A stretch of DNA of 59,139 bases, counting the filler, from Basidiobolus meristosporus CBS 931.73 (Eukaryota > Fungi > Basidiobolomycota), in assembly GCA_002104905.1 (NCBI GenBank). It is 4 parts of 4 records of this genome, joined end to end, with 100 filler letters (N's around TTAATTAATTAA, not from the genome) between each part and the next. Parts side by side here need not be neighbours in the genome. Positions count along the whole stretch, not along the records: positions 22,342 to 36,785 come from MCFE01001175.1; positions 36,886 to 59,139 come from MCFE01000980.1; 2 more parts are not named here. The stretch is one strand, 5' to 3'. A program made the translations under genes and the position numbers. A model generated the notes under the pieces. It did not search any database. It saw only the letters and a program-made list of their open reading frames with translations, and was not told the DNA's origin. This document shows, piece after piece, positions 28,328-38,850 of the stretch (position 1 is its first letter; every line of letters begins with the position of its first letter).

Positions 28328-28401
28328 CACCCCCGGTGGGACTCGAACCCACAATCCTCAGATTAGAAGTCTGATGCCTTATCCAATTAGGCCACGGGGG
28401 C
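28328..28401 (-). tRNA. tRNA-Arg-TCT: tRNA-Arg(TCT)
   Basis: GCCCCCGTGGCCTAATTGGATAAGGCATCAGACTTCTAATCTGAGG...TTCGAG. Confidence 0.95.
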
Positions 28402-28560
28402 ATTTCGTTCTTGTTCCCTTTGTTTTGCGTATAGATGTAAACTAAATGAAGTACTATCCGGTGATTCCCTTGTGACTCTAGTGACTGTATTCTTATGACC
28501 GTCCAAATTTCTGCCAAACCTTAGCCAATTTTAAGTAACATTGGCTAAAAAAATAAAAAT

Positions 28561-28633
28561 TGCCGTCTCTGCGGATCGAACGCAGGACCTTCAGAACTTC
28601 AGTCTGACGCTCTCCCAACTGAGCTAAGACGGC
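28561..28633 (-). tRNA. tRNA-Phe-GAA: tRNA-Phe(GAA)
   Basis: GCCGTCTTAGCTCAGTTGGGAGAGCGTCAGACTGAAG...; cloverleaf. Confidence 0.95.
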
Positions 28634-28871
28634 TATACATTTGCTTGAATATTGAGTATGAATTAGTTGGCTAATAGTGTAAGATAGTGTCATCACTACC
28701 TTGGGCAAGCCCTGTTTGCCTTAGTATCTGCAATACATCCCGTAGTCATGGCATACTCTGGATAATAGTTATTTTAATGAATCGCAGTAACCCGTATGGA
28801 TTTTGTACTACTTAGCCCCTTTGTAACTACTAAGGAGATATATCTGATCAAGATTTGGTTGCAAGCGTATT

Positions 28872-28945
28872 GCTCTTGTGGCGCAATTGGCTAGCGCGTC
28901 TGACTGTTAATCAGGAGGTTGGTGGTTCAAGCCCACCCAGGAGCG
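28872..28945 (+). tRNA. tRNA-Asn-GTT: tRNA-Asn(GTT)
   Basis: GCTCTTGTGGCGCAATTGGCTAGCGCGTCTGACTGTTAATCAGG...CAGGAGCG. Confidence 0.95.
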
Positions 28946-29166
28946 ATTACCTTTTGCTTGAAGCTTTAGCACTCCCTTTTTTGCCATTCGGCTGGAAACG
29001 GGTTAGGAGTCTGGGGTATATTTGTATGTGCCACACACATGTTACTGTCAACTATCTATTTTAATGAATGTACTTGAATACTGAAGCGAAGAGCTGCACC
29101 GCCATTATCCAAGGAGTAAAACTCAAAACTTCTCAGCCAACTAATGTAGCTGGGACAAAACAAGAC

Positions 29167-29252
29167 TCCGAACACCCGGATTTGAACCAGGGACCTAAAG
29201 ATTGCTATGGTAACACTACAGTCTTCCGCTCTACCAACTGAGCTATGTTCGG
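29167..29252 (-). tRNA. tRNA-Tyr-GTA: tRNA-Tyr(GTA), intron-containing
   Basis: CCGAACATAGCTCAG...GACTGTAG + about 12 nt intron + ATCTTTAGG...TGTTCGGA. Confidence 0.93.
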
Positions 29253-29352
29253 GAGTTCACGGGAGTGGGAACCAATATCAATGATAGACTAGATGTTTCA
29301 AATAATTGCAGCATTCCCATACATTCCTTTATAACATCTGGAACGTGAAAAT

Positions 29353-29435
29353 GGAGAGATGGCCGAGTTGGTCTAAGGCGTCACGTTAAGGCCGTGATCT
29401 CTTCGGAGGCGTGGGTTCGAATCCCACTCTCTTCA
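29353..29435 (+). tRNA. tRNA-Leu-AAG: tRNA-Leu(AAG)
   Basis: TCACG-TTAAGGC-CGTGA anticodon arm; long variable arm. Confidence 0.95.
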
Positions 29436-29686
29436 TTAGTTTTTGCGCTCTTCTTTTTCCCGGTATTTCTCTTGACCTTTGGGATGTACACCACCGGTGA
29501 TCAGGTAGAGCAACAATTTTATGACATGGCCACTTCACTATATGGATAGCCACTATGATTATGCTCAGTTTAGGCATTGATATGATTGATTTGCCCGCAC
29601 AGCATTGATGGATATCTTGGCAAATCCCCACGCATACAAAAAAAACCAGCAGCAGCACCTACATTCAAGTAGAGCCGTTGGCAAAA

Positions 29687-29759
29687 TGCCTTCTGCCGGA
29701 ATTGAACCAGCGACCTTCTGCTTACTAGGCAGACGCTCTGCCAACTGAGCCAAGAAGGC
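29687..29759 (-). tRNA. tRNA-Thr-AGT: tRNA-Thr(AGT)
   Basis: TCTGC-CTAGTAA-GCAGA anticodon arm. Confidence 0.95.
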
Positions 29760-30326
29760 AATATGTCTGAGCGCACTAGATGGGCTCTATGAGGAAAATA
29801 CCTAAGCAAGAGTCTTATTCTATAAAGCTATTTGGGGTGATAAACTGATGTAGCACCAGAGCCATGATGTCAGAAGGTAGGGCGGCATGATTGTGCGCAA
29901 CAACGATAGGTTCGAATTGCAGTTGGACATACCCTACGGAGTGGCTAACCAGATGATAAACCGTAAGGCGGTTATGCCAAAAGTTTTGGCAGCCAGCAGT
30001 GTTGTTTTGAGGGGCAGTTTAGCCTTGATATTTTGCATTGATTAACTAACCCTAATCAAAGGAGGAAACATGCACATTCCTGGAGCTTCGGGTATATGAC
30101 TCGGCCATCCAAGTCCTTTTTCTGTTTTGTCAGCTTTATGGTGAGTAAGGTAAGAAGCAACACCTGCGTCCAAGCAGGCACATAACTCCTACTCTTGCCA
30201 TTCCCAGCAAAACAGCAACGATACAGTAAGCCAGATGCAGCTAGCCAACAAAAGAATGAAACGTATTATCTCATACGTCAAAGTATTGCTCAAAGAAAGG
30301 AAATCGCAAAGACACCTACAGCAAAA

Positions 30327-30397
30327 TGCATACTCGGGGAATCGAACCCCGGTCTACCGCGTGGCAGGCGGTAATTATACCACTAAACCAAGTATGC
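30327..30397 (-). tRNA. tRNA-Gly-GCC: tRNA-Gly(GCC)
   Basis: ACCGC-CTGCCAC-GCGGT anticodon arm. Confidence 0.95.
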
Positions 30398-30523
30398 AAT
30401 TACAATAGGGGGGCGGAAAGGTAGTTCATGATAACATTCAGGGGAAGCAGTGCGCAACTTTGGATGTCACCACCAAAGGCTAAAGAGATTCATAGTCTAC
30501 CAGCTGGCAAGTATATGCTATAA

Positions 30524-30596
30524 GGGCGTATGGCCAAATGGATAAGGCGCCTGACTACGGATCAGGAGATTCCAGGTTCGATCCCTGGTATGCTCG
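30524..30596 (+). tRNA. tRNA-Arg-ACG: tRNA-Arg(ACG)
   Basis: CCTGA-CTACGGA-TCAGG anticodon arm. Confidence 0.95.
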
Positions 30597-30804
30597 TTAT
30601 TTTGCAACCAACATTTTGTAGTCTACAACTATGAGAAAATGTTACATGCAATGAATCAATGAAATACCATTGAAGGAGAGGTCAATTCATCAAGTGTGCC
30701 GAGTTCTTAGTCACAAAAGCATAACGTTGGTGAATAAAATATTGGCTTATCTAGCCAAACATAGAGTGTACTTAGTCAAGAACGTATTTAAATTCAAAAA
30801 GGTT

Positions 30805-30876
30805 TTCCCCATCGGGGAATCGAACCCCGGCCGTCTCGGTGAGAGCGAGAAATCCTAACCACTGGACCAATGAGGA
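30805..30876 (-). tRNA. tRNA-Glu-CTC: tRNA-Glu(CTC)
   Basis: Same body as the gene at 22449 but with anticodon CTC. Confidence 0.95.
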
Positions 30877-31170
30877 CTTGTTGATGATACTACTATATGT
30901 TTATCTCTTACTGAACTCGCCATAGTAATAGCACTTACCTAGGCTTAGTGCAAACCGATTGCTACATTGTGAATCTGGGCGTGTGCCTCCCAGTTGGAAT
31001 CTTGCATTTTAGACCATCAATTCTATATCAAAACAGTAAGATACTCCGGAAGCAACGCAACTTAAGAGTGTATGTATTCGCATACCTCGCATACCAAGGG
31101 TTAAGAAGTGTGTAAAGTAGATGCCCTTTGCACATTACTAAATAAGCAAATATTTGTATGTTATCGAACA

Positions 31171-31244
31171 GCTCGCATAGCTCAGTTGGTTAGAGCGTGG
31201 TGCTAATAACGCCAAGGTCGCAGGTTCGACCCCTGCTGTGAGCA
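31171..31244 (+). tRNA. tRNA-Ile-AAT: tRNA-Ile(AAT)
   Basis: TGGTG-CTAATAA-CGCCA anticodon arm; T-run terminator downstream. Confidence 0.95.
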
Positions 31245-31417
31245 AATTTCCTTTTTCGTTTTTTCCTTGCTAACTCATTTCCCTCAAGTTATCGTCGAAA
31301 TAGATACATACACAAGTGTACTTTCACAAAGTTGTTGTTTAGTGGCTTTGTTATATTGTATGCTGATAAACACTTGGTAGAAATATACAGTTTATTCTTT
31401 ATTTTATCGTAACTAAT

Positions 31418-31489
31418 TCTCAGATAGTATAGTGGTAAGTATCCCCGCCTGTCACGCGGGAGACCCGGGTTCAATTCCCGGTCTGAGAG
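31418..31489 (+). tRNA. tRNA-Asp-GTC: tRNA-Asp(GTC)
   Basis: CCCGC-CTGTCAC-GCGGG anticodon arm. Confidence 0.95.
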
Positions 31490-31582
31490 CTTTTTACATG
31501 CCACTCTAAGTATAGTAGTATAGGCAGTAGCAATATTTTATTACTCGATAACCGTTTATTTGAAAATACATAGATAATGTTT

Positions 31583-31650
31583 GTATTGCATATATTCGTA
31601 TTCTCTTTGTGTGGGTGAAATCTTTGGTACGATTCCCAGTAAAGATCCAT
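31583..31650 (+). pseudogene. Possible degenerate tRNA-Pro-like remnant in the palindrome spacer
   Basis: The reverse complement actgggaatcgtaccaaagatttcacccacacaaagagaat aligns loosely to the tRNA-Pro at 49511 (actgggaattgaacccaggacctctcccaccctaagggagaat). Confidence 0.35.
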
Positions 31651-31823
31651 ATCCTATAACTATGGCCAAGATGCAAACGGAGGCACATACATGTATATAT
31701 ATATATATGAGGCAGAAATACTGTTGTAAAAACATTATCTATGTATTTTCAAATAAACGGGTTATCGAGTAATAAAATATTGCTACTGCCTATACTACTA
31801 TACTTAGAGTGGCATGTAAAAAG

Positions 31824-31895
31824 CTCTCAGACCGGGAATTGAACCCGGGTCTCCCGCGTGACAGGCGGGGATACTTACCACTATACTATCTGAGA
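31824..31895 (-). tRNA. tRNA-Asp-GTC: tRNA-Asp(GTC), inverted copy
   Basis: Mirror of 31418-31489. Confidence 0.9.
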
Positions 31896-32068
31896 ATTAG
31901 TTACGATAAAATAAAGAATAAACTGTATATTTCTACCAAGTGTTTATCAGCATACAATATAACAAAGCCACTAAACAACAACTTTGTGAAAGTACACTTG
32001 TGTATGTATCTATTTCGACGATAACTTGAGGGAAATGAGTTAGCAAGGAAAAAACGAAAAAGGAAATT

Positions 32069-32142
32069 TGCTCACAGCAGGGGTCGAACCTGCGACCTTG
32101 GCGTTATTAGCACCACGCTCTAACCAACTGAGCTATGCGAGC
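32069..32142 (-). tRNA. tRNA-Ile-AAT: tRNA-Ile(AAT), inverted copy
   Basis: Mirror of 31171-31244. Confidence 0.9.
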
Positions 32143-32436
32143 TGTTCGATAACATACAAATATTTGCTTATTTAGTAATGTGCAAAGGGCATCTACTTTA
32201 CACACTTCTTAACCCTTGGTATGCGAGGTATGCGAATACATACACTCTTAAGTTGCGTTGCTTCCGGAGTATCTTACTGTTTTGATATAGAATTGATGGT
32301 CTAAAATGCAAGATTCCAACTGGGAGGCACACGCCCAGATTCACAATGTAGCAATCGGTTTGCACTAAGCCTAGGTAAGTGCTATTACTATGGCGAGTTC
32401 AGTAAGAGATAAACATATAGTAGTATCATCAACAAG

Positions 32437-32508
32437 TCCTCATTGGTCCAGTGGTTAGGATTTCTCGCTCTCACCGAGACGGCCGGGGTTCGATTCCCCG
32501 ATGGGGAA
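32437..32508 (+). tRNA. tRNA-Glu-CTC: tRNA-Glu(CTC), inverted copy
   Basis: Mirror of 30805-30876. Confidence 0.9.
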
Positions 32509-32716
32509 AACCTTTTTGAATTTAAATACGTTCTTGACTAAGTACACTCTATGTTTGGCTAGATAAGCCAATATTTTATTCACCAACGTTATGCTTTTGT
32601 GACTAAGAACTCGGCACACTTGATGAATTGACCTCTCCTTCAATGGTATTTCATTGATTCATTGCATGTAACATTTTCTCATAGTTGTAGACTACAAAAT
32701 GTTGGTTGCAAAATAA

Positions 32717-32789
32717 CGAGCATACCAGGGATCGAACCTGGAATCTCCTGATCCGTAGTCAGGCGCCTTATCCATTTGGCCATACGCCC
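32717..32789 (-). tRNA. tRNA-Arg-ACG: tRNA-Arg(ACG), inverted copy
   Basis: Mirror of 30524-30596. Confidence 0.9.
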
Positions 32790-32915
32790 TTATAGCATAT
32801 ACTTGCCAGCTGGTAGACTATGAATCTCTTTAGCCTTTGGTGGTGACATCCAAAGTTGCGCACTGCTTCCCCTGAATGTTATCATGAACTACCTTTCCGC
32901 CCCCCTATTGTAATT

Positions 32916-32986
32916 GCATACTTGGTTTAGTGGTATAATTACCGCCTGCCACGCGGTAGACCGGGGTTCGATTCCCCGAGTATGCA
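32916..32986 (+). tRNA. tRNA-Gly-GCC: tRNA-Gly(GCC), inverted copy
   Basis: Mirror of 30327-30397. Confidence 0.9.
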
Positions 32987-33553
32987 TTTTGCTGTAGGTG
33001 TCTTTGCGATTTCCTTTCTTTGAGCAATACTTTGACGTATGAGATAATACGTTTCATTCTTTTGTTGGCTAGCTGCATCTGGCTTACTGTATCGTTGCTG
33101 TTTTGCTGGGAATGGCAAGAGTAGGAGTTATGTGCCTGCTTGGACGCAGGTGTTGCTTCTTACCTTACTCACCATAAAGCTGACAAAACAGAAAAAGGAC
33201 TTGGATGGCCGAGTCATATACCCGAAGCTCCAGGAATGTGCATGTTTCCTCCTTTGATTAGGGTTAGTTAATCAATGCAAAATATCAAGGCTAAACTGCC
33301 CCTCAAAACAACACTGCTGGCTGCCAAAACTTTTGGCATAACCGCCTTACGGTTTATCATCTGGTTAGCCACTCCGTAGGGTATGTCCAACTGCAATTCG
33401 AACCTATCGTTGTTGCGCACAATCATGCCGCCCTACCTTCTGACATCATGGCTCTGGTGCTACATCAGTTTATCACCCCAAATAGCTTTATAGAATAAGA
33501 CTCTTGCTTAGGTATTTTCCTCATAGAGCCCATCTAGTGCGCTCAGACATATT

Positions 33554-33626
33554 GCCTTCTTGGCTCAGTTGGCAGAGCGTCTGCCTAGTAAGCAGAAGGT
33601 CGCTGGTTCAATTCCGGCAGAAGGCA
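33554..33626 (+). tRNA. tRNA-Thr-AGT: tRNA-Thr(AGT), inverted copy
   Basis: Mirror of 29687-29759. Confidence 0.9.
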
Positions 33627-33877
33627 TTTTGCCAACGGCTCTACTTGAATGTAGGTGCTGCTGCTGGTTTTTTTTGTATGCGTGGGGATTTGCCAAGATA
33701 TCCATCAATGCTGTGCGGGCAAATCAATCATATCAATGCCTAAACTGAGCATAATCATAGTGGCTATCCATATAGTGAAGTGGCCATGTCATAAAATTGT
33801 TGCTCTACCTGATCACCGGTGGTGTACATCCCAAAGGTCAAGAGAAATACCGGGAAAAAGAAGAGCGCAAAAACTAA

Positions 33878-33960
33878 TGAAGAGAGTGGGATTCGAACCC
33901 ACGCCTCCGAAGAGATCACGGCCTTAACGTGACGCCTTAGACCAACTCGGCCATCTCTCC
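33878..33960 (-). tRNA. tRNA-Leu-AAG: tRNA-Leu(AAG), inverted copy
   Basis: Mirror of 29353-29435. Confidence 0.9.
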
Positions 33961-34060
33961 ATTTTCACGTTCCAGATGTTATAAAGGAATGTATGGGAAT
34001 GCTGCAATTATTTGAAACATCTAGTCTATCATTGATATTGGTTCCCACTCCCGTGAACTC

Positions 34061-34146
34061 CCGAACATAGCTCAGTTGGTAGAGCGGAAGACTGTAGTGT
34101 TACCATAGCAATCTTTAGGTCCCTGGTTCAAATCCGGGTGTTCGGA
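34061..34146 (+). tRNA. tRNA-Tyr-GTA: tRNA-Tyr(GTA), inverted copy, with intron
   Basis: Mirror of 29167-29252. Confidence 0.9.
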
Positions 34147-34367
34147 GTCTTGTTTTGTCCCAGCTACATTAGTTGGCTGAGAAGTTTTGAGTTTTACTCC
34201 TTGGATAATGGCGGTGCAGCTCTTCGCTTCAGTATTCAAGTACATTCATTAAAATAGATAGTTGACAGTAACATGTGTGTGGCACATACAAATATACCCC
34301 AGACTCCTAACCCGTTTCCAGCCGAATGGCAAAAAAGGGAGTGCTAAAGCTTCAAGCAAAAGGTAAT

Positions 34368-34437
34368 CGCTCCTGGGTGGGCTTGAACCACCAACCTCCT
34401 GATTAACAGTCAGACGCGCTAGCCAATTGCGCACGGC
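34368..34437 (-). pseudogene. tRNA-Asn(GTT) copy with a garbled 5' acceptor strand at the second fold-back junction
   Basis: Reads ...gcgtatgccgtgcgcaattggc instead of ...gcgtattgctcttgtggcgcaattggc. Confidence 0.7.
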
Positions 34438-34674
34438 ATACGCTTGCACCAGACGATTACTTTGCTTGAAGCTTTAGCACTCCCTTTTTTGCCATTCGGC
34501 TGGAAACGGGTTAGGAGTCTGGGGTATATTTGTATGTGCCACACACATGTTACTGTCAACTATCTATTTTAATGAATGTACTTGAATACTGAAGCGAAGA
34601 GCTGCACCGCCATTATCCAAGGAGTAAAACTCAAAACTTCTCAGCCAACTAATGTAGCTGGGACAAAACAAGAC

Positions 34675-34760
34675 TCCGAACACCCGGATTTGAACCAGGG
34701 ACCTAAAGATTGCTATGGTAACACTACAGTCTTCCGCTCTACCAACTGAGCTATGTTCGG
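34675..34760 (-). tRNA. tRNA-Tyr-GTA: tRNA-Tyr(GTA), third copy
   Basis: Identical to 29167-29252. Confidence 0.85.
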
Positions 34761-34860
34761 GAGTTCACGGGAGTGGGAACCAATATCAATGATAGACTAG
34801 ATGTTTCAAATAATTGCAGCATTCCCATACATTCCTTTATAACATCTGGAACGTGAAAAT

Positions 34861-34943
34861 GGAGAGATGGCCGAGTTGGTCTAAGGCGTCACGTTAAGGC
34901 CGTGATCTCTTCGGAGGCGTGGGTTCGAATCCCACTCTCTTCA
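34861..34943 (+). tRNA. tRNA-Leu-AAG: tRNA-Leu(AAG), third copy
   Basis: Identical to 29353-29435. Confidence 0.85.
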
Positions 34944-35194
34944 TTAGTTTTTGCGCTCTTCTTTTTCCCGGTATTTCTCTTGACCTTTGGGATGTACACC
35001 ACCGGTGATCAGGTAGAGCAACAATTTTATGACATGGCCACTTCACTATATGGATAGCCACTATGATTATGCTCAGTTTAGGCATTGATATGATTGATTT
35101 GCCCGCACAGCATTGATGGATATCTTGGCAAATCCCCACGCATACAAAAAAAACCAGCAGCAGCACCTACATTCAAGTAGAGCCGTTGGCAAAA

Positions 35195-35267
35195 TGCCTT
35201 CTGCCGGAATTGAACCAGCGACCTTCTGCTTACTAGGCAGACGCTCTGCCAACTGAGCCAAGAAGGC
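35195..35267 (-). tRNA. tRNA-Thr-AGT: tRNA-Thr(AGT), third copy
   Basis: Identical to 29687-29759. Confidence 0.85.
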
Positions 35268-35834
35268 AATATGTCTGAGCGCACTAGATGGGCTCTATGA
35301 GGAAAATACCTAAGCAAGAGTCTTATTCTATAAAGCTATTTGGGGTGATAAACTGATGTAGCACCAGAGCCATGATGTCAGAAGGTAGGGCGGCATGATT
35401 GTGCGCAACAACGATAGGTTCGAATTGCAGTTGGACATACCCTACGGAGTGGCTAACCAGATGATAAACCGTAAGGCGGTTATGCCAAAAGTTTTGGCAG
35501 CCAGCAGTGTTGTTTTGAGGGGCAGTTTAGCCTTGATATTTTGCATTGATTAACTAACCCTAATCAAAGGAGGAAACATGCACATTCCTGGAGCTTCGGG
35601 TATATGACTCGGCCATCCAAGTCCTTTTTCTGTTTTGTCAGCTTTATGGTGAGTAAGGTAAGAAGCAACACCTGCGTCCAAGCAGGCACATAACTCCTAC
35701 TCTTGCCATTCCCAGCAAAACAGCAACGATACAGTAAGCCAGATGCAGCTAGCCAACAAAAGAATGAAACGTATTATCTCATACGTCAAAGTATTGCTCA
35801 AAGAAAGGAAATCGCAAAGACACCTACAGCAAAA

Positions 35835-35904
35835 TGCATACTCGGGAATCGAACCCCGGTCTACCGCGTGGCAGGCGGTAATTATACCACTAAACCAAGT
35901 ATGC
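35835..35904 (-). tRNA. tRNA-Gly-GCC: tRNA-Gly(GCC), third copy (1 nt homopolymer deletion)
   Basis: ctcgggaatc instead of ctcggggaatc. Confidence 0.75.
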
Positions 35905-36029
35905 AATTACAATAGGGGGCGGAAAGGTAGTTCATGATAACATTCAGGGGAAGCAGTGCGCAACTTTGGATGTCACCACCAAAGGCTAAAGAGATTCATA
36001 GTCTACCAGCTGGCAAGTATATGCTATAA

Positions 36030-36102
36030 GGGCGTATGGCCAAATGGATAAGGCGCCTGACTACGGATCAGGAGATTCCAGGTTCGATCCCTGGTATGCT
36101 CG
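36030..36102 (+). tRNA. tRNA-Arg-ACG: tRNA-Arg(ACG), third copy
   Basis: Identical to 30524-30596. Confidence 0.85.
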
Positions 36103-36310
36103 TTATTTTGCAACCAACATTTTGTAGTCTACAACTATGAGAAAATGTTACATGCAATGAATCAATGAAATACCATTGAAGGAGAGGTCAATTCATCAAG
36201 TGTGCCGAGTTCTTAGTCACAAAAGCATAACGTTGGTGAATAAAATATTGGCTTATCTAGCCAAACATAGAGTGTACTTAGTCAAGAACGTATTTAAATT
36301 CAAAAAGGTT

Positions 36311-36381
36311 TTCCCCATCGGGAATCGAACCCCGGCCGTCTCGGTGAGAGCGAGAAATCCTAACCACTGGACCAATGAGGA
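36311..36381 (-). tRNA. tRNA-Glu-CTC: tRNA-Glu(CTC), third copy (1 nt homopolymer deletion)
   Basis: atcgggaatc instead of atcggggaatc. Confidence 0.75.
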
Positions 36382-36675
36382 CTTGTTGATGATACTACTA
36401 TATGTTTATCTCTTACTGAACTCGCCATAGTAATAGCACTTACCTAGGCTTAGTGCAAACCGATTGCTACATTGTGAATCTGGGCGTGTGCCTCCCAGTT
36501 GGAATCTTGCATTTTAGACCATCAATTCTATATCAAAACAGTAAGATACTCCGGAAGCAACGCAACTTAAGAGTGTATGTATTCGCATACCTCGCATACC
36601 AAGGGTTAAGAAGTGTGTAAAGTAGATGCCCTTTGCACATTACTAAATAAGCAAATATTTGTATGTTATCGAACA

Positions 36676-36749
36676 GCTCGCATAGCTCAGTTGGTTAGAG
36701 CGTGGTGCTAATAACGCCAAGGTCGCAGGTTCGACCCCTGCTGTGAGCA
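36676..36749 (+). tRNA. tRNA-Ile-AAT: tRNA-Ile(AAT), third copy
   Basis: Identical to 31171-31244. Confidence 0.85.
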
Positions 36750-36785
36750 AATTTCCTTTTTCGTTTTTTCCTTGCTAACTCATTT

Positions 36786-36885
36786 NNNNNNNNNNNNNNN
36801 NNNNNNNNNNNNNNNNNNNNNNNNNNNNNTTAATTAATTAANNNNNNNNNNNNNNNNNNNNNNNNNNNNNNNNNNNNNNNNNNNN
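36786..36885. other. Artificial contig-joining linker
   Basis: N44-TTAATTAATTAA-N44. Confidence 0.97.
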
Positions 36886-37216
36886 AACAGAACGCAACAT
36901 AACCTAACCGCTCAGCTATTACAGAGGCGGAAAAACTCATGGCGATGTCTTCAGGTAATAACAGCCCTCGTTCAGCCGAGGATGATCCTGAAGCCTCCAG
37001 CAGCCTCCCTCGTACATAAACCCCCTTCCTCCAATGCTTACATCCTTCCTTTTGAACATAGGCTCGAAGTATGTATGATTTGCTATTCTATACAAATAAA
37101 TTTACTTTTAATTGAGGAGATATGGCATTCTCTTAGCTGTGCCATCAATGTTTACTTAGAATTGGTAAATTCCTTGCAACATAATTACTATGAATAGTGA
37201 AAATATTGGTAGTTAC

Positions 37217-37547
37217 TGTTGTAAGAGTCTTGGAGATATTGGAAGTGATTGGGAGAACAAGTAGATTATGTGGTTTTCACTTAATGACTTATTGAATGTA
37301 AAAGTAGTATTTATACTTTTACATGGTCCTGGCATAACAAACATGTAGAATAGGTTTAGGAAGGTCCCAAGAACATGTGTGCAAAGTTTGGGCTGTTTGA
37401 ACAACTTATCTAATTTTCATGTTCTGGGTAACTATTCTAAGTAAATCCCAACAAGGATTTTGGTCAGTATTCTCTGAGATTTGAAGGTAATGATCTAAGT
37501 GACTAAGTCAGGTGAATATTTAGGTGGAATTACAAATTTTTACAACA
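37217..37547. mobile_element. Solo LTR, family C, with 5 bp TSD GTTAC
   Basis: TGTTGTAA...TTACAACA flanked by gttac on both sides; homologous to 41183-41531. Confidence 0.88.
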
Positions 37548-37989
37548 GTTACCAAACTTCTTGGAGTTGCTAAAATGAATAAACTTTTTGGCATTCCCAT
37601 CTGTTTTTACAAAGTACATACCAACATTAAAAACTATCATCTCAACTCAATAAAGCTATGAGCCAAACCACAAGCTTTTTTTGTACAGCAAGTCACCTGC
37701 AAGTTCCCATTATCATGCTCAACTGAAACACAGCAAAGTAGTGAGTATTACACAAAGTGAATCTAGCTTCAAGACATCTCAGTTACTCTTGGATAATGCT
37801 GTTAACATGGTATTTGCATCTAAAAACTTGCATTACCCTGATCACCTAGATCCTCACAAAGCTTATCAGCTACTGCCCAATATCCTTCTTGCATTTGTTT
37901 TGAATATATCAAAGCAGAGACCAACATTGCTAATTGATGCATTTTTTGTAGTCACACATAAATATTGATTTGACTCACTCACTATCATT

Positions 37990-38850
37990 GTCTACACAGC
38001 TTAGAGAATTCCAGCTGGCTCAAGTAATAGAGACAAATCATTAGACATAAAATAAGGTATAAATACCAATCAAACAATTAAATGAACAACAAGTTTGGTT
38101 CAAAGTAGGAAGAACAGTACAAGAGATTACTACCTTGAAAGAAATCTACAATTCACCATCCTGGTCTTTTAAGAGATATTCTTACATAACCCTGTCAAAT
38201 CTACATGACACATTCCCACTATTTACTTCCATATTCCCTAAAGGATAACACTCTGTAAGCATGAAACAGAACTGGTACTCACAGCAGGGGTAATACTAAG
38301 CAAAAAGATTCCATCTCTTAAAAGACAAACAGGTGATTATCACACTATAACAGGAACAAAGATTGGTCACAATCAGTGATTTCTTGGATTACCAGACCAC
38401 AGATCTTGTTGCTTGGCTATGGGAATGTGAAGTCAGTCAAAAGGCAAATTGATGGGATCATTCAGTGATATCAAGTGCTTATATAAATGATCTGACAGCT
38501 TCTTGGTACAAAGAAAACAAAAAACCTTTAACAGAATGGGAGCCTTTTAGCAATGATTGAAAGAAATATATGCTACAATGGCAAGAACTGATGCATGGTG
38601 GCAAATGTGAGGGATTTATTAGACAATGATGAATCAATAGCAGAAACTATCACATAAGTATTGATACTGCTCTCAAGATTTCAAGCTCTTTGGATGAAGA
38701 TAGGATCTAAGAGTTCTTGATACTATTCTACATAGGGCCTAATTGGAGGCCAGAAAATGTAAACCCACAGCTCTGTGTGAAGCAAAAGCTTTTACCAAGG
38801 AGATGGAGCCATATATAGGAGGTCAGGCAAGGGACATGTGAGTAAGAAAA
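37990..38850 (+). mobile_element. Degenerate Ty3/gypsy family B fragment (LTR, tRNA-Ile PBS, gag remnant)
   Basis: Colinear with about 43370-44200; PBS tggtactcacagcaggggt at 38273-38291; left boundary approximate. Confidence 0.7.

Larger units (their letters stand above)
28860..36785. repeat. Inverted triplication of a 2.7 kb tRNA block (forward 28860-31582, inverted 31730-34445, forward 34446 to contig end)
   Basis: ORF-track and tRNA coordinates mirror about x+x'=63313; the third copy is offset by about +5508; 147 bp unique spacer at the first turn. Confidence 0.9.

Noticed and set aside
27940-36430. Many 60-95 aa ORFs in the tRNA arrays (also 45596-58280)
   Set aside because: They overlap tRNA or 5S genes and spacers, often use non-ATG starts and show no protein motifs.
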